This document shows, one piece after another, positions 52,903 through 63,136 of a stretch of 64,000 nt of DNA (positions are counted from its first letter, which is position 1; the number at the start of each line of letters is the position of its first letter). The stretch comes from an uncultured Trueperaceae bacterium (GTDB lineage Bacteria > Deinococcota > Deinococci > Deinococcales > Trueperaceae). The position numbers and the translations under genes were made by a program. Where the stretch lies: positions 288,001 through 352,000 of the forward strand of contig CAWFFU010000003.1 of NCBI GenBank assembly GCA_963815215.1, in the 5' to 3' direction. Under the pieces are notes generated by a model. That model was not told the DNA's origin. It worked only from the letters and a program-made list of their open reading frames with translations, and did not search any database.

Positions 52903-52969
52903 GGACCATCCTACGTCCGCGCAAGATGAGCAGTAGCCCGATCCAGATCGTCAGAGCTGCGGGAATCGC

Positions 52970-53680
52970 TCAGTGATCGGGCGGAGCCGAGATGCCCCGT
53001 ACGCTGCCCGAGCAGACACACACGCGGCCTTCCGCCGTGGCGAGTAGCAGGCAACCGCGCGCGTCCACGCCGAGCGCCTCCCCCGTCACGACGGCTCCGC
53101 CTGACTCCACGCTCACGGTGCGGCCGAGCAGCGCGTCGTGGTGCGCGAACCGTTCGGGCAGGACCGAGCCGTCATCGCCCCAGGCGTCGAGGCCGCGCTG
53201 TATTCCGGCCAGCACGGCACCGTGAACGCCTTCGAGGTCCCAGCCGCGCAGGGCCGTCGCGCCCGGCGGAGGCTCGTTGCCGACGTTGACGCCGACCCCG
53301 ACCAGTAGGTGCCCTCGAAGGTACTCGGTCAGGATGCCGCCGAGCTTGCGCTCCCGGTAGTAGAGGTCGTTCGGCCACTTGACAGCGGCACGCACCCCAT
53401 AGCCGGCGAGCGTCTCCGCCAGCCCCACCCCCACCGCGATGGCGGCGCCGCCGCGTCCCAGGCTCGGTGGCGCCGGGTCGCGCACCACCAGCGTCTGATA
53501 GCTACCGCCGGGTGCGCTCTCCCAGTGTCGATCGCGGCGGCCTCTGCCCTGCGTCTGGCGCGCGGCGCGCACCACCAGACCGGCAACGTCTTCGCCACGC
53601 TCCAACCGACGACGGGCCTCGCTCTGGGTGGACGGCAGCGTCTCGTAGGTCTCGATGCGGAAGGCGATCGCGAGTGGCAT
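52970..53680 (-). CDS. birA: Biotin--protein ligase (no N-terminal HTH)
   Basis: STQ, QTQGRGRRDRHW, KWPND, KLGGIL, GVGVN. Confidence 0.93.
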   Translation of the reverse strand: MPLAIAFRIETYETLPSTQSEARRRLERGEDVAGLVVRAARQTQGRGRRDRHWESAPGGSYQTLVVRDPAPPSLGRGGAAIAVGVGLAETLAGYGVRAAVKWPNDLYYRERKLGGILTEYLRGHLLVGVGVNVGNEPPPGATALRGWDLEGVHGAVLAGIQRGLDAWGDDGSVLPERFAHHDALLGRTVSVESGGAVVTGEALGVDARGCLLLATAEGRVCVCSGSVRGISAPPDH

Positions 53681-53685
53681 GTGCT

Positions 53686-56600
53686 TCAGCCTACCGGCGC
53701 AACCTCGTCACGCCGGATGCTGAACACCCGGCTCACACCGTCCTCGGTGGTGACGCCCCAGAGCACGTCGGCGACCTCGAAGGTGGCCTTCTGATGGGTG
53801 ATCAGCACGAACTGTGTGCCGGCGAGAGCGAGCCGTTCCAGGAAAGCGCAGTAGCGCCGGATGTTGGCCTCGTCGAGGGGCGCGTCGACCTCGTCCAGCA
53901 CGGCGATCGGCAGGCCCGATCCGGCGCTGTCGTCGTCCATCAGGGCGAACAGGAAGGCCAGGGCGCCCATGGTGCGCTCCCCCACCGAGAGCAGATGGAG
54001 CGACTGCGTCTGCTTGCCCGGCGGTTGCAGCCGGATGCGTACGCCCACGGGCCGTCCCTCCACGTGCTCGACGTCGATGTCTCCCCGTCCCTCGGCGCCG
54101 AAGAGCTGCTGCACGTGACCCCGGAAACTGGCCCGGAGTCGCTCGAGCGAGGCGTGCAGGCGGGCCGTGGTCTCGCGGTCGATGCGCCCCAGCGTGCCCT
54201 CGAGCTCGGTCGCCGCCAGGGCCGCCTGGACGGCTTCCACCTCGAGCCCCTCTTTGCGTTCACGCGCCTCGTGCAGGTCGCGGGCCGCCCGGTGGTTGAC
54301 GGGACCCAGCGCCTCGAGCTCGGCCTCGACCTCGCGCAGCCGGCTCCGAGCGGCGCGCTCGCTGACATCGAGCGACACGACCCCTTCGGGGAAGCCGCCG
54401 AGCTCTTCGGTGGCGAGCTCCAGCGCCGCCTCGCGTCGAGCGAGCTGCACGTTGCAGCTCTCCAGCTCTTGACCGTGCGACGCCTGCCGCTCGGTGGTCT
54501 CGTTCAGCGCCGTTTCGAGCGCGTCGCTGCGTGCGCGGACCTCGGCCAGCGCCGCCTCGGCCTCCTCCAGGCCCGTCGGCAGCGCCGCCTCGGCCGCGGT
54601 GCGGGTCTGCTCGGCGGCGGCCAGCGCCTCCTCGAGTCCGGCCAGCGTCTGCTCCTGGCGGCCGATCGAGGAGCGCAGCTCGCCGGCCCGTGACCGTTCC
54701 TCCCGGTAGCGCTCCAGCGCCGATCCGTACGAGCGTAAGCGCTCCTCCAGCACCAGGCGCCGCTGGCGCACGTCGGCCAGCTCGCTGCGTCGTTCGGCGT
54801 CGCGGTCCCGCAACGCCTCGACGCGTAGGCCGGCGGCGGCGGCGTCCGCAGCGGCTTCCTCGAGGCGCGCCGGATCGGGTGGGTGGGCAGGTGGCTGAAG
54901 GGCTTCGCGCGCCCGGTCCACCTCGTCGGCGCGCTGCTGCAGGTCCTCGAGCAGGCCCTGCCGGCGCGAGCCGTGCTCGCGCGCCGCGGCCAGCCGTGCG
55001 CGCGCCTCCTCCCACGCCCCCGCCGACGCCGGGCCGCGCTGCTGCAGCCCCCGAACCTGCTGCTGCCGGCGCTCGAGCTCCTCCAGCGCAGCCTCGGCCT
55101 GCCGCCGGATCCGCTCCTCGGCCGCTTCGGCCTCCTCGAGCTCGGCGGCGGCGCCGAGCACGCTCGCTTGCGGGCCGCGCCGGCCGCCGCTCATGGCGCC
55201 GGAAGCTTCCAGGATGTCGCCGTCGAGCGCCACCATGCGGGCGCGCGGGCCGCGCGCCCGGGCCAGCTCGGTAGCCACCTCCATCGTCTTTACCAGCACG
55301 GTGCCGCCGAGCAGCTGCTCGGCGACCTTTCGGTAGGCCGCTCCGACCTCCACCACGTCGACCGCCGCACCGATCACGCCCTGCTGCGCGAGCAGCTCCC
55401 GCGGCGGCCTGCGGCCGTCGTCGCGCAGCAGATCGAGGGGCAGGACCGTGACGAAGCCACCGCGCTCCCGCACCCAGCGCAGCACCTTGCGGCCGGTATC
55501 GGCGTGGTCGACGACCACGTACTCGGCGCGCCGGCCGAGGGCGGCCGCCACCGCCGTACGGTAGTGCTCCGGTACGCCCAGCAGATCGCCAACAGACCCG
55601 ACGACGCCGTCGATGCCCGAGGTCAGGGCGTTGCGCGGACCCTGGGCGTACCCGCGCCGCGCTTCGAAGGCCGCCCGCTGGCGCTGCGCGGCTCGTCCCA
55701 GCGCCTGCCGCTCGGCCTCGAGATGAGCGTGCCGCGCGTGCGCTTCGGCGAGTTGCGTGCGGGCCGCCTCCAGCTCGGCGCCGAGCGCCGCGGATCGTTC
55801 ACGCGCGCCGGCCTCGGCGGCCTCGAGCGCCGCCAGATCTTCGTCCGGCGCCGCCTCCAGCGCCGTCAGCCGTTCCCGGAGCTCGCGGGCCTGGCGCGCG
55901 AGCCCGGCGCGCTGGGTCTCGAAGCTCGTCGCATCGCGCTCGGCCGTCGACTGCGCCTCGCGCAAGCGTTCGAGAGCGCCGCCGGCCTCTTCGAACGCGC
56001 GGCGTGCCGCGGAGACCTCGGCGTCCGCTCCCTGCAGGGCTTCGCTCAGCTCCGCCTCGCGTGCGATCAGGGGTGCTGGGTCGCCCTCGGGAGCGCTCGG
56101 CGGCACCGCCGCTTCCAGCCGGACGGCTTCCTCGCGCGTCGCCTCCAGGGCGTCCCCGGCCGCCTGGCGACGCTCTCGGGCACGATGGGCGCGCTCCTCG
56201 GCGACGCGTAGGTCGCCGCGCCTGAGCTCGGCTTCGGCCAGGGCGCTGCGGTAGGTCTCCTCGCGGGAGTCGCGCGTTCGGCGTGCCCCCTCCAGTTCGG
56301 TACGCAGCTCCTGGAGCCGCTCGCGCCCCTCCTGGATGGCGACGGACAGCTCCGCGCGACGCTTGAGGAGGCCGGCGATCTCCTGCTCGAGAGCGTCGAC
56401 GCGGCGCCTCGAGGCGGTGACCCGCAGTCGCAGAGCTTCGGCCGACAGCGCGGCGTGGCGCTCGGCATCGGCGGCTTCTTCGCCGAGGCGCACGCAGCGC
56501 TCGTCGAGCTCCACGAGCACGTCCTGAAGGCGATCGAGGTGGCCGCGGGCTGTCTCCAGACGGGCCTGCGTCTGCTCCCGCCGGGAGCTCATCCGCCCAA

Positions 56601-57078
56601 CTCCGGCGACCTCAGCGACGTACTGCAACAGCTTCGGGGGGTCCGCCATCAGCACCTGGCTGACCTCGCCCTGGCCGATGAGGGCGACCCCGGACCGACC
56701 CAGGCCACTGCCCGCCAGGGCCTCCTCGAGATCGAGGAAGCGTGCGTTGCGGCCGTTGAGCCTCAGCCGGGTGGTGCCGTCCCGGTCCAGGCTCCGGTAC
56801 ACCTTGAAGGCACGCTCGTCTCCGCGCAACTCGACCTCGACCTCGGCCAGGCTCAGCCCGCGTTTGCCGCTGGCGCCGTGGAAGATCAGATCCGTCTTGT
56901 CGCTGGCGCGGAAATCCCGGGCGCGACCGCCACCCGTGGTCCACTTCAGTGCGTCGATCAGGTTGGACTTGCCCGAGCCGTTCGGCCCGATGATGGCGGT
57001 GATGCCAGGTGCGAACTCGACCACCGTGCGGTTCCCGAAGCTCTTGAAGCCCTGGAGCGACAGGGAGGTGAGGCGCAC
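53686..57078 (-). CDS. smc: Chromosome segregation protein SMC
   Basis: GFKSF, GPNGSGKSN, coiled coils, hinge (GVVG...GAMSGG), LSVGE, LDEVDAPLD, ITH. Confidence 0.95.
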   Translation of the reverse strand: MRLTSLSLQGFKSFGNRTVVEFAPGITAIIGPNGSGKSNLIDALKWTTGGGRARDFRASDKTDLIFHGASGKRGLSLAEVEVELRGDERAFKVYRSLDRDGTTRLRLNGRNARFLDLEEALAGSGLGRSGVALIGQGEVSQVLMADPPKLLQYVAEVAGVGRMSSRREQTQARLETARGHLDRLQDVLVELDERCVRLGEEAADAERHAALSAEALRLRVTASRRRVDALEQEIAGLLKRRAELSVAIQEGRERLQELRTELEGARRTRDSREETYRSALAEAELRRGDLRVAEERAHRARERRQAAGDALEATREEAVRLEAAVPPSAPEGDPAPLIAREAELSEALQGADAEVSAARRAFEEAGGALERLREAQSTAERDATSFETQRAGLARQARELRERLTALEAAPDEDLAALEAAEAGARERSAALGAELEAARTQLAEAHARHAHLEAERQALGRAAQRQRAAFEARRGYAQGPRNALTSGIDGVVGSVGDLLGVPEHYRTAVAAALGRRAEYVVVDHADTGRKVLRWVRERGGFVTVLPLDLLRDDGRRPPRELLAQQGVIGAAVDVVEVGAAYRKVAEQLLGGTVLVKTMEVATELARARGPRARMVALDGDILEASGAMSGGRRGPQASVLGAAAELEEAEAAEERIRRQAEAALEELERRQQQVRGLQQRGPASAGAWEEARARLAAAREHGSRRQGLLEDLQQRADEVDRAREALQPPAHPPDPARLEEAAADAAAAGLRVEALRDRDAERRSELADVRQRRLVLEERLRSYGSALERYREERSRAGELRSSIGRQEQTLAGLEEALAAAEQTRTAAEAALPTGLEEAEAALAEVRARSDALETALNETTERQASHGQELESCNVQLARREAALELATEELGGFPEGVVSLDVSERAARSRLREVEAELEALGPVNHRAARDLHEARERKEGLEVEAVQAALAATELEGTLGRIDRETTARLHASLERLRASFRGHVQQLFGAEGRGDIDVEHVEGRPVGVRIRLQPPGKQTQSLHLLSVGERTMGALAFLFALMDDDSAGSGLPIAVLDEVDAPLDEANIRRYCAFLERLALAGTQFVLITHQKATFEVADVLWGVTTEDGVSRVFSIRRDEVAPVG

Positions 57079-57103
57079 GCGCCAGTCTACCTTGGCCCGC
57101 GGC

Positions 57104-58471
57104 TCATGCCGCACCCCGGGCGAGCGCCCGGAACAGCAGCGCGCTGGTGTGGATGCCTCTCAGGTAGTCGCGAACCGCGAACTTCTCGTTCGGCGCGTGG
57201 GCACGGTCGTCCTCCAGGCCCAGCCCGACCAGCACCACCTCGCTGCCGAGCAACTCCTGGAAGTCCGCCACCACCGGGATCGTGCCCCCGGTGCGGGCGA
57301 AGACCGGCTCGCGGCCGAAGGAGGCGCGCAACGCCTCGGCGGCGGCGCGCACGCTGGCCGCGTCGATGGGCGTCGCGGCGGGCCGGCCGCCGTGGAGCCG
57401 CTTCACCTCGACCTCGATCCCTTCGGGTGCGAGCGCCTCCAGCGCACGGGCGACCTTCTCGGTGATGTCGTCCGGGTCCTGCCCCGGCACCAGACGGCAG
57501 GACAGCTTGGCGGCGGCGGTAGCCGGGATGACGGTCTTGGCGCCGTCGCCCTGGAACCCGCCCCAGATGCCGTTGCAGTCGAGCGTGGGCCGGGCCCACA
57601 GCCGTTCGATGAGGCTGTAGCCGGCCTCGCCCGGCGTGGCACTCACCCCGGCGTCGGCGCGGAAAGCGGCCTCGTCGAAGGGGGCCGCCGCCATCCGGGC
57701 GCGCTCCTCGTCGCCGAGCGCCGTGACGGCGTCGTAGAAGCCGGGTACGGTGACGCGGCCGTCGCCATCCTTGAGCCCCGCGATCATGGCCGCCAGCGCG
57801 TTGATGGCGTTGGGGACGCCACCGCCGTAGGCGCCCGAGTGAAGGTCGCGGCCGGCGCCACGAACGTGGACCTCGAGGTAGGCGAGCCCCTTGAGGCCGT
57901 AGGTCAGGGTAGGGGTGTCGGGAGCCATCATGGCTCCGTCGGAGATGACCACCACGTCGGCCGCCAGCGCGGCGGCGTTGCGCTCGAGGAAGGGACGCAG
58001 GTTGGGGCTGCCGATCTCCTCCTCGCCTTCGACGACGAACAGCACGTTGAGGGGCAGGGCGCCGTCCACCTGCGCCAGCGCCTCGACGCCCTTGATGTGG
58101 GCGTACACCTGCCCCTTGTCGTCGCTCGCGCCGCGGGCGAGGATGTCGCCGTCGACAACGGTGGCCTCGAACGGCGGCGTGTTCCAGAGCTCGAGTGGCT
58201 CGGCGGGCTGCACGTCGTAGTGACCGTAGACGAGCACCGTCGGCGCCCCCGGGACTTCGGGCGAGCGTCCCACCACGACGCCGTGGCCGTCGGTAGGATG
58301 CACCTCCGCCTCGAAGCCGGCCCGGCGCAGCGCGTCGGCGACGAAGGCGGCGGCCTGCGCCACGTCCTCGGTGCGTTCCGGGTCGGTGGACACCGAGGGG
58401 ATGTGCAGGAACGCGAAGAGCTCGTCGAGGTGACGCTCGCGGTTGCTTTCCAGGTAGTCGGTCAGCGCCAT
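57104..58471 (-). CDS. M20 family dipeptidase
   Basis: YGHYDVQP, ARGASDDKGQ, EGEEE, DLHSG, HAPNE. Confidence 0.92.
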   Translation of the reverse strand: MALTDYLESNRERHLDELFAFLHIPSVSTDPERTEDVAQAAAFVADALRRAGFEAEVHPTDGHGVVVGRSPEVPGAPTVLVYGHYDVQPAEPLELWNTPPFEATVVDGDILARGASDDKGQVYAHIKGVEALAQVDGALPLNVLFVVEGEEEIGSPNLRPFLERNAAALAADVVVISDGAMMAPDTPTLTYGLKGLAYLEVHVRGAGRDLHSGAYGGGVPNAINALAAMIAGLKDGDGRVTVPGFYDAVTALGDEERARMAAAPFDEAAFRADAGVSATPGEAGYSLIERLWARPTLDCNGIWGGFQGDGAKTVIPATAAAKLSCRLVPGQDPDDITEKVARALEALAPEGIEVEVKRLHGGRPAATPIDAASVRAAAEALRASFGREPVFARTGGTIPVVADFQELLGSEVVLVGLGLEDDRAHAPNEKFAVRDYLRGIHTSALLFRALARGAA

Positions 58472-58494
58472 GCCGGCGAGTATACCGGGGGCGC

Positions 58495-58950
58495 TCAGCC
58501 CTCTTGCCCGTCCGGGTCCGGCTCGCCCGAGGGGAGCGCTTCCTGGCGCATGATGTCGAGATGGTCCTTGAGGCGGACCTGCAGGTTGGAGATGCGGTTC
58601 TCCATGCTGAACTGAAGCTCGTCGAGGCGCCGGCGCAGCTTGATGATCTCCTCGACGCCCGCCAGGTTCACGCCCAGCTCCTGGGTCAGCCGCCGGATCT
58701 CACGGAGCTGCTCGATGTTGCGCTGCGAGTACAGGCGCGTCTTCCCCGCGCTCCGACTCGGTTCGATGAGCCCCTTGCGCTCGTACAGGCGCAGCGTCTG
58801 GGGGTGCATGTCGACCAGCTCAGCGGCGACGCTGATCACGTACAGCGGCTTGTCCTTGTCGATGCCTTCGGCGCGCCCTTCGGGCGTCTCTGCCTCGGCT
58901 GCGTCCGCCGCCGCGGTCTTCTTCGGTTCGGGGTTGTGCTCCGCGCTCAT
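58495..58950 (-). CDS. hspR: MerR-family heat-shock repressor HspR
   Basis: [31 protein letters not shown]...RLYS...GVNLAGV; directly downstream of dnaJ. Confidence 0.92.
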   Translation of the reverse strand: MSAEHNPEPKKTAAADAAEAETPEGRAEGIDKDKPLYVISVAAELVDMHPQTLRLYERKGLIEPSRSAGKTRLYSQRNIEQLREIRRLTQELGVNLAGVEEIIKLRRRLDELQFSMENRISNLQVRLKDHLDIMRQEALPSGEPDPDGQEG

Positions 58951-59897
58951 GCCTCCGTCCCTCCGTCCGTCAGCTTACCCAGCCAGTCCGACGCGGCTCT
59001 GGCCGCGCCCCGCCAGAAGTCGTGGCGGACCGTGACGATGAGGTCGCCCTGTCCGAGCCCTCGGCCCGGGACCGTCACGCTGCCGCCGTCGGGCGTGCCC
59101 GCCGGAACGTTCACGGTCTGCCCGGCGAAGCGGGCGGTGACGCCGCGCGCGGCCTCGGCGGGCATCAGGTGGATATCGGCGTGCACGTCGTCGCCTTCGA
59201 AATGCGCGCCGGCGGGCAGCGTGACGCCGATCTTCACGAACAGGTCGCCGGGCGGGTTGCCCGGTCCACCGAGTCCGCGCAGACGCAAGCGCGTTCCGTC
59301 GCGAACGCCCGAGGGTACCTGCACGTCGACCTCGGCGCGACCGTTGCGCACCCCGGTACCGGCGCAATCGGGACACGTCGCGCCGGACACGGTGCGCTGC
59401 CCGTGACACGTCGAGCAGACGCTCGGTCCCGGCACGCGCACGCGCCGGGGGCCGCCCGAGCGCGCCAACGCGAGCGGCACCTGGACGCGGATCTCCCGTG
59501 TCTCCCCGGGCAGCAGGCCGGCGTTGCGGAACAACCCCGTCATCATGCCGAACAGTGCGTCGAACACCGCGTTCCCGGTGTGCGGAGCGCCCTGGCGCGC
59601 GTCCCAGTTGATGGGGATGTCGGCCTCGCGGAAGATCGTGCGCCAGTCCACGGTACTGAAATCGGGCGCGCCGGCCGCGCCGTTCCCGGTGGTCCCGTAG
59701 CGGTCGAAACGCCCACGTGCTTCGGGGTCGCGCAGCACGGCGTAGGCCTCGGAGATCTGCTTGAAGCGCTCCTCGGCCTCCTTGTTCCCGGGGTTGCGGT
59801 CCGGATGGTAGCGCATGGCCAGCTTGCGGAAGGCCGCCTTCACCTCGTCCGCGCCGGCCTCCGGCGTGACACCGAGAACCTCGTAGGGGTTGGTCAT
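58947..59897 (-). CDS. DnaJ-family co-chaperone (J domain, half zinc finger, C-terminal domain)
   Basis: YHPDRN J domain; only CSTCHG and CPDCAG; GDLFV. Confidence 0.9.
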   Translation of the reverse strand: MTNPYEVLGVTPEAGADEVKAAFRKLAMRYHPDRNPGNKEAEERFKQISEAYAVLRDPEARGRFDRYGTTGNGAAGAPDFSTVDWRTIFREADIPINWDARQGAPHTGNAVFDALFGMMTGLFRNAGLLPGETREIRVQVPLALARSGGPRRVRVPGPSVCSTCHGQRTVSGATCPDCAGTGVRNGRAEVDVQVPSGVRDGTRLRLRGLGGPGNPPGDLFVKIGVTLPAGAHFEGDDVHADIHLMPAEAARGVTARFAGQTVNVPAGTPDGGSVTVPGRGLGQGDLIVTVRHDFWRGAARAASDWLGKLTDGGTEA

Positions 59898-59928
59898 GAC
59901 CGGACTCACTACGGCGTATAATACATAA

Positions 59929-59949
59929 CTTGAGTCTGACGTTGTTAAC
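59929..59949. promoter_or_regulatory. Degenerate HAIR (HspR operator) upstream of dnaJ-hspR
   Basis: CTTGAGT-N7-TGTTAAC; left half perfect, right half 3/7 versus ACTCAAG; next to TATTAT (59918-59923, minus strand). Confidence 0.5.
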
Positions 59950-60045
59950 CCGTTGGCCACTTCCGGGTGGCTCGACCGGAGGGGCCGAGGCGCCGATGCT
60001 ATCCTGGGGACCGTGCCTCGTGGCCACGGGGCACGGAGGTGTGCC

Positions 60046-60399
60046 TTGAAGAGGACGCTCGTCCTGGTAGTGCTCGCGGTCGCCCTGCTGGCCGGTCTCG
60101 CCGGCTGCCGCAACGAGACGCAGAACCGCATCCGCCGCAGCATCCAGGACTTCACCAACCAGCGCATGTACATCACGCTCTACTCGTACGACGGAAAGGT
60201 CGTCTTCGACGGTGTGGTGGACGGCAAGGTGACCCGCTCCAGTACGGCCTCGGAGGGGGGCGCGGCAGGCAACTCGCAGGGGTACTACATCTACTGGTAC
60301 GACGATCGCGGTCGCTACCACCAGTCCGATCTCCCCTACCTGCTGACGACCTACGATCGCAACAAGCCGGGTGCGCAGCAACCATCGACGACGCCCTGA
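60046..60399 (+). CDS. Hypothetical lipoprotein
   Basis: GGAGGT RBS, TTG start, lipobox LAGC, high GC3 by eye. Confidence 0.8.
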   Translation: MKRTLVLVVLAVALLAGLAGCRNETQNRIRRSIQDFTNQRMYITLYSYDGKVVFDGVVDGKVTRSSTASEGGAAGNSQGYYIYWYDDRGRYHQSDLPYLLTTYDRNKPGAQQPSTTP

Positions 60400-60520
60400 C
60401 CGGCGCCGCGGAGCCGCTGCGATTGTGGTGTGCGTTACGATTCCCTGAAGCCCCCATGAACGTGTCACGCACGGGCGGAGGGGTGGGCGCGCGTACCATG
60501 GGAAGCGAGGAGAACCGCTC

Positions 60521-61036
60521 ATGAGCCACCACAGACTCCTTCGGCTGGTCCCTTTCGTGCTCGTCCTGAGCGCGGCGTTGTCCGCCTGCAGTATCTACGT
60601 GCGGCCCGGCGGGCCCATCAGTGTCGGCGTTCCGCTCGACAACGTCATCACCTTCTTCGAGCCCACCCGCGGTGCCGGGGCCAACTACTACGTGGGCGAG
60701 GGAGTCGAGTTCCGCATCCGGACGCGGGACAGCGGCTACGTCACGCTCTCGGCCATGGACCCCGACGGACGGGTATATGTTTTCTCGCGAAACATCTACG
60801 TGCCCGCCAACCGGACCGTCGTCCTGCCCACACCGGAGATGCGCGTGAGCTTCAGCGCAGCTCCTCCGCGTGGCCTGCACCGGATCCGGGCTGCGTTCAC
60901 CTCGGCGCGAACCGATCCCACTCACGTGCACTACAGCGGCCGTCACGGCGAGGGAGACTGGACCAGCGCCATCGAGATCGACATCCGCGGCTATCCTGTG
61001 CGGGACGTGGCGCTGACCACGCTGTACATTCGCTGA
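60521..61036 (+). CDS. Lipoprotein, DUF4384-like domain
   Basis: Lipobox LSAC; YYVGEGVEFRIRT.DSGYVTL..MDPDGRV; PPRG. Confidence 0.72.
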   Translation: MSHHRLLRLVPFVLVLSAALSACSIYVRPGGPISVGVPLDNVITFFEPTRGAGANYYVGEGVEFRIRTRDSGYVTLSAMDPDGRVYVFSRNIYVPANRTVVLPTPEMRVSFSAAPPRGLHRIRAAFTSARTDPTHVHYSGRHGEGDWTSAIEIDIRGYPVRDVALTTLYIR

Positions 61037-61247
61037 GCTCGGAACACGTGTCCACGACGACCGATCCGCCGCCCTGCCCGGTGTGGGGCGGCGGATGTTC
61101 GTGGCTGCAGCACGGGGCTCGCGCGGCAGGCGCAGGCGACTCGGTCGGTAGCGGTTCCGCTCCCAGCGTGGCCGTGCGATACAATAGGAACTACGCCGTC
61201 CGGCGACATCGTCAGGCAGTCCGCACGCAGACCGGGAGGAAGCATCC

Positions 61248-61976
61248 TTGTCAGGCCATAACAAGTGGTCCCAGATCAAGCGCAAGAAGGCGGTCAACGA
61301 CCATCAACGCGGGAAGATCATCAGCAAGCACATCCGGGCCATCCAGTCCGCCGTGCGTGAGGGTGGTGGCGGTGACCCGTCGGCCAACTTGCCCCTGAAG
61401 AATTCCCTGGCGGCTGCCAAGACGGACGACGTACCGCAGGACAACATCGACCGCGCGATCGAACGGGCCCTCGGCGCCAGCGAGGGCGGGGACTTCGAGC
61501 CCGTCCACTACGAAGGCTACGGTCCGGCCGGAGTGGCTGTGCTGGTCGAGGCCCTGACCGACAATCGCAACCGCACGGCATCCGAAGTTCGTCATGTGTT
61601 CACCAAGCACGGCGGGAACATGTCGGGATCGACGGCCTGGCAGTTCGAGACCAAGGGTGTGATCGTGCTGGACATGGCCAACGACACGCTGCAAGAACTC
61701 GCCATCGATCTCGGCGCCGAGGATCTCGAGCCGGCCGACGGGAGCCTCACCATCTACACCTCGCCCACCGAGCTGTACGCCGTGGTGGACGGTCTCCAGA
61801 AGGCTGGGCACGCTCCGGAGGTATCGCAGCTCAGCAAGTTCGCCCAGACCGAGACGGAGCTGGACAGCAGCGACGCCGACAAGGTGGTCCGGTTCATCGA
61901 AGCGCTCGAAGACCTCGACGACGTGCAGAACGTCTACTCCACGGCCAACCTGGAGAACGCTGAGCTCGTCGGCTGA
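61248..61976 (+). CDS. yebC: YebC/PmpR family protein
   Basis: SGHNKWSQIK, YEGYGPAG, TDNRNRT, EDLDDVQNVY. Confidence 0.96.
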   Translation: MSGHNKWSQIKRKKAVNDHQRGKIISKHIRAIQSAVREGGGGDPSANLPLKNSLAAAKTDDVPQDNIDRAIERALGASEGGDFEPVHYEGYGPAGVAVLVEALTDNRNRTASEVRHVFTKHGGNMSGSTAWQFETKGVIVLDMANDTLQELAIDLGAEDLEPADGSLTIYTSPTELYAVVDGLQKAGHAPEVSQLSKFAQTETELDSSDADKVVRFIEALEDLDDVQNVYSTANLENAELVG

Positions 61977-61993
61977 CCCCACGAGGGAGGGGT

Positions 61994-62704
61994 ATGAGCT
62001 TTCCTGTCCTGCCCTGGGATGACCTCCCGGCGATCACGGCTGCCCAGATGCAGCAGCTCATCATGCTCGCCACCGGCAAGTACGGTCTGGACAACCGTGT
62101 GCTCGTAGAGCACACGGCCCGCAATCTCGTCACGCTGGTCGACACCTTCGCCGGGGACGGTCCCGTGCTGGTGGTCGCTGGTCGCGGCAACAACGGCAGC
62201 GGCGGTCTGGCCGCCGCGCGCCTGCTGGGCGCCCGCGGCCACCGGGTGTGGGTAGTCCCCACGCACGAGGCGGAGAACTACTCCGGAACGCCCAAGGAGC
62301 AGCTCGAGCACCTGCGCCACTTCGACAAGGTTCGGGTCCGCACCAGCCTCCCCAAGATGAAGTTCGCGTGCGTCATCGACGCGGCCATCGGCACCAACCT
62401 GGAAGGACCGCCGCGTGGCCGTACCCAGGACGTCATCACCGTGCTCAACAACATGGGCGACGGCAGCTGCGTGATCTCCTTGGACGCCCCCACCGGCATG
62501 ATGGTGGACGACGGCGAGGTGCCGGGCGATATCGTTCAGGCCACCATGACGCTGTCCGTGGCGCTCCCCAAGCGGGGCGTCAAGCCTGGCGGCACGGTGG
62601 GCCGGCTGTTCGTCGGCGATATCGGGCTGCCGCAGGGCGTGTTCGAGTCGATGGGGCTGCCGGGAGTGCAGCTCCCCGGCTTCATCTCCGAGATCGGCGG
62701 CTGA
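61994..62704 (+). CDS. nnrE: Stand-alone YjeF_N / NAD(P)H-hydrate epimerase-like protein
   Basis: GRGNNG, DAAIGT, SLDAPTG, DIGLP. Confidence 0.8.
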   Translation: MSFPVLPWDDLPAITAAQMQQLIMLATGKYGLDNRVLVEHTARNLVTLVDTFAGDGPVLVVAGRGNNGSGGLAAARLLGARGHRVWVVPTHEAENYSGTPKEQLEHLRHFDKVRVRTSLPKMKFACVIDAAIGTNLEGPPRGRTQDVITVLNNMGDGSCVISLDAPTGMMVDDGEVPGDIVQATMTLSVALPKRGVKPGGTVGRLFVGDIGLPQGVFESMGLPGVQLPGFISEIGG

Positions 62705-62739
62705 GCCGTGGGCCCGCGGGGGCCCACGGTAGGCCCACG

Positions 62740-62777
62740 GACGAGCGCCCCCTCCACCTTCGGAGGGGGCGCTCGTC
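62740..62777. terminator. GC-rich hairpin between the convergent nnrE and tRNA genes
   Basis: GACGAGCGCCCCCTCC-accttc-GGAGGGGGCGCTCGTC, a perfect 16-bp stem. Confidence 0.7.
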
Positions 62778-62780
62778 GTT

Positions 62781-62855
62781 TGGTAGGCGCGGGCGGGATT
62801 GAACCGCCGACCTCTACAGTGTCAATGTAGCGCTCTCCCACTGAGCTACGCGCCT
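62781..62855 (-). tRNA. tRNA-Val(GAC)
   Basis: Cloverleaf AGGCGCG...CTACA-TTGACAC-TGTAG...GGTTCAATCC...CGCGCCT-ACCA. Confidence 0.97.
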
Positions 62856-62869
62856 ATGGTCGGAAGAGG

Positions 62870-62944
62870 TGGAGGCGCCGACCGGATTCGAACCGGTGAA
62901 TCGAGGTTTTGCAGACCTCTGCCTTACCCCTTGGCTACGGCGCC
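62870..62944 (-). tRNA. tRNA-Cys(GCA)
   Basis: Cloverleaf GGCGCCG...GAGGT-CTGCAAA-ACCTC...GGTTCGAATCC...CGGCGCC-TCCA. Confidence 0.97.
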
Positions 62945-62989
62945 GCATGCCCGCGTGCCGACCCCCTGGCCGACCCACAGAGCTAGAGA

Positions 62990-63019
62990 AGCGTAGCATG
63001 GCCGATTTTCCGTTGTCAA
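62990..63019 (-). promoter_or_regulatory. Sigma70-type promoter of the tRNA pair
   Basis: TTGACA-18 bp-TACGCT with an extended TG. Confidence 0.7.
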
Positions 63020-63136
63020 CGCGCTCGCGGGGGATTTGGTCGACGCCCCGAGGGAGCGCGTGAGGGGCCGGCGGGCGCGGGGTCGGGCCGCTCGAGACGG
63101 CTCCGGTCCCGGGCGTCGAGCGCGTTAGCATGGGGC

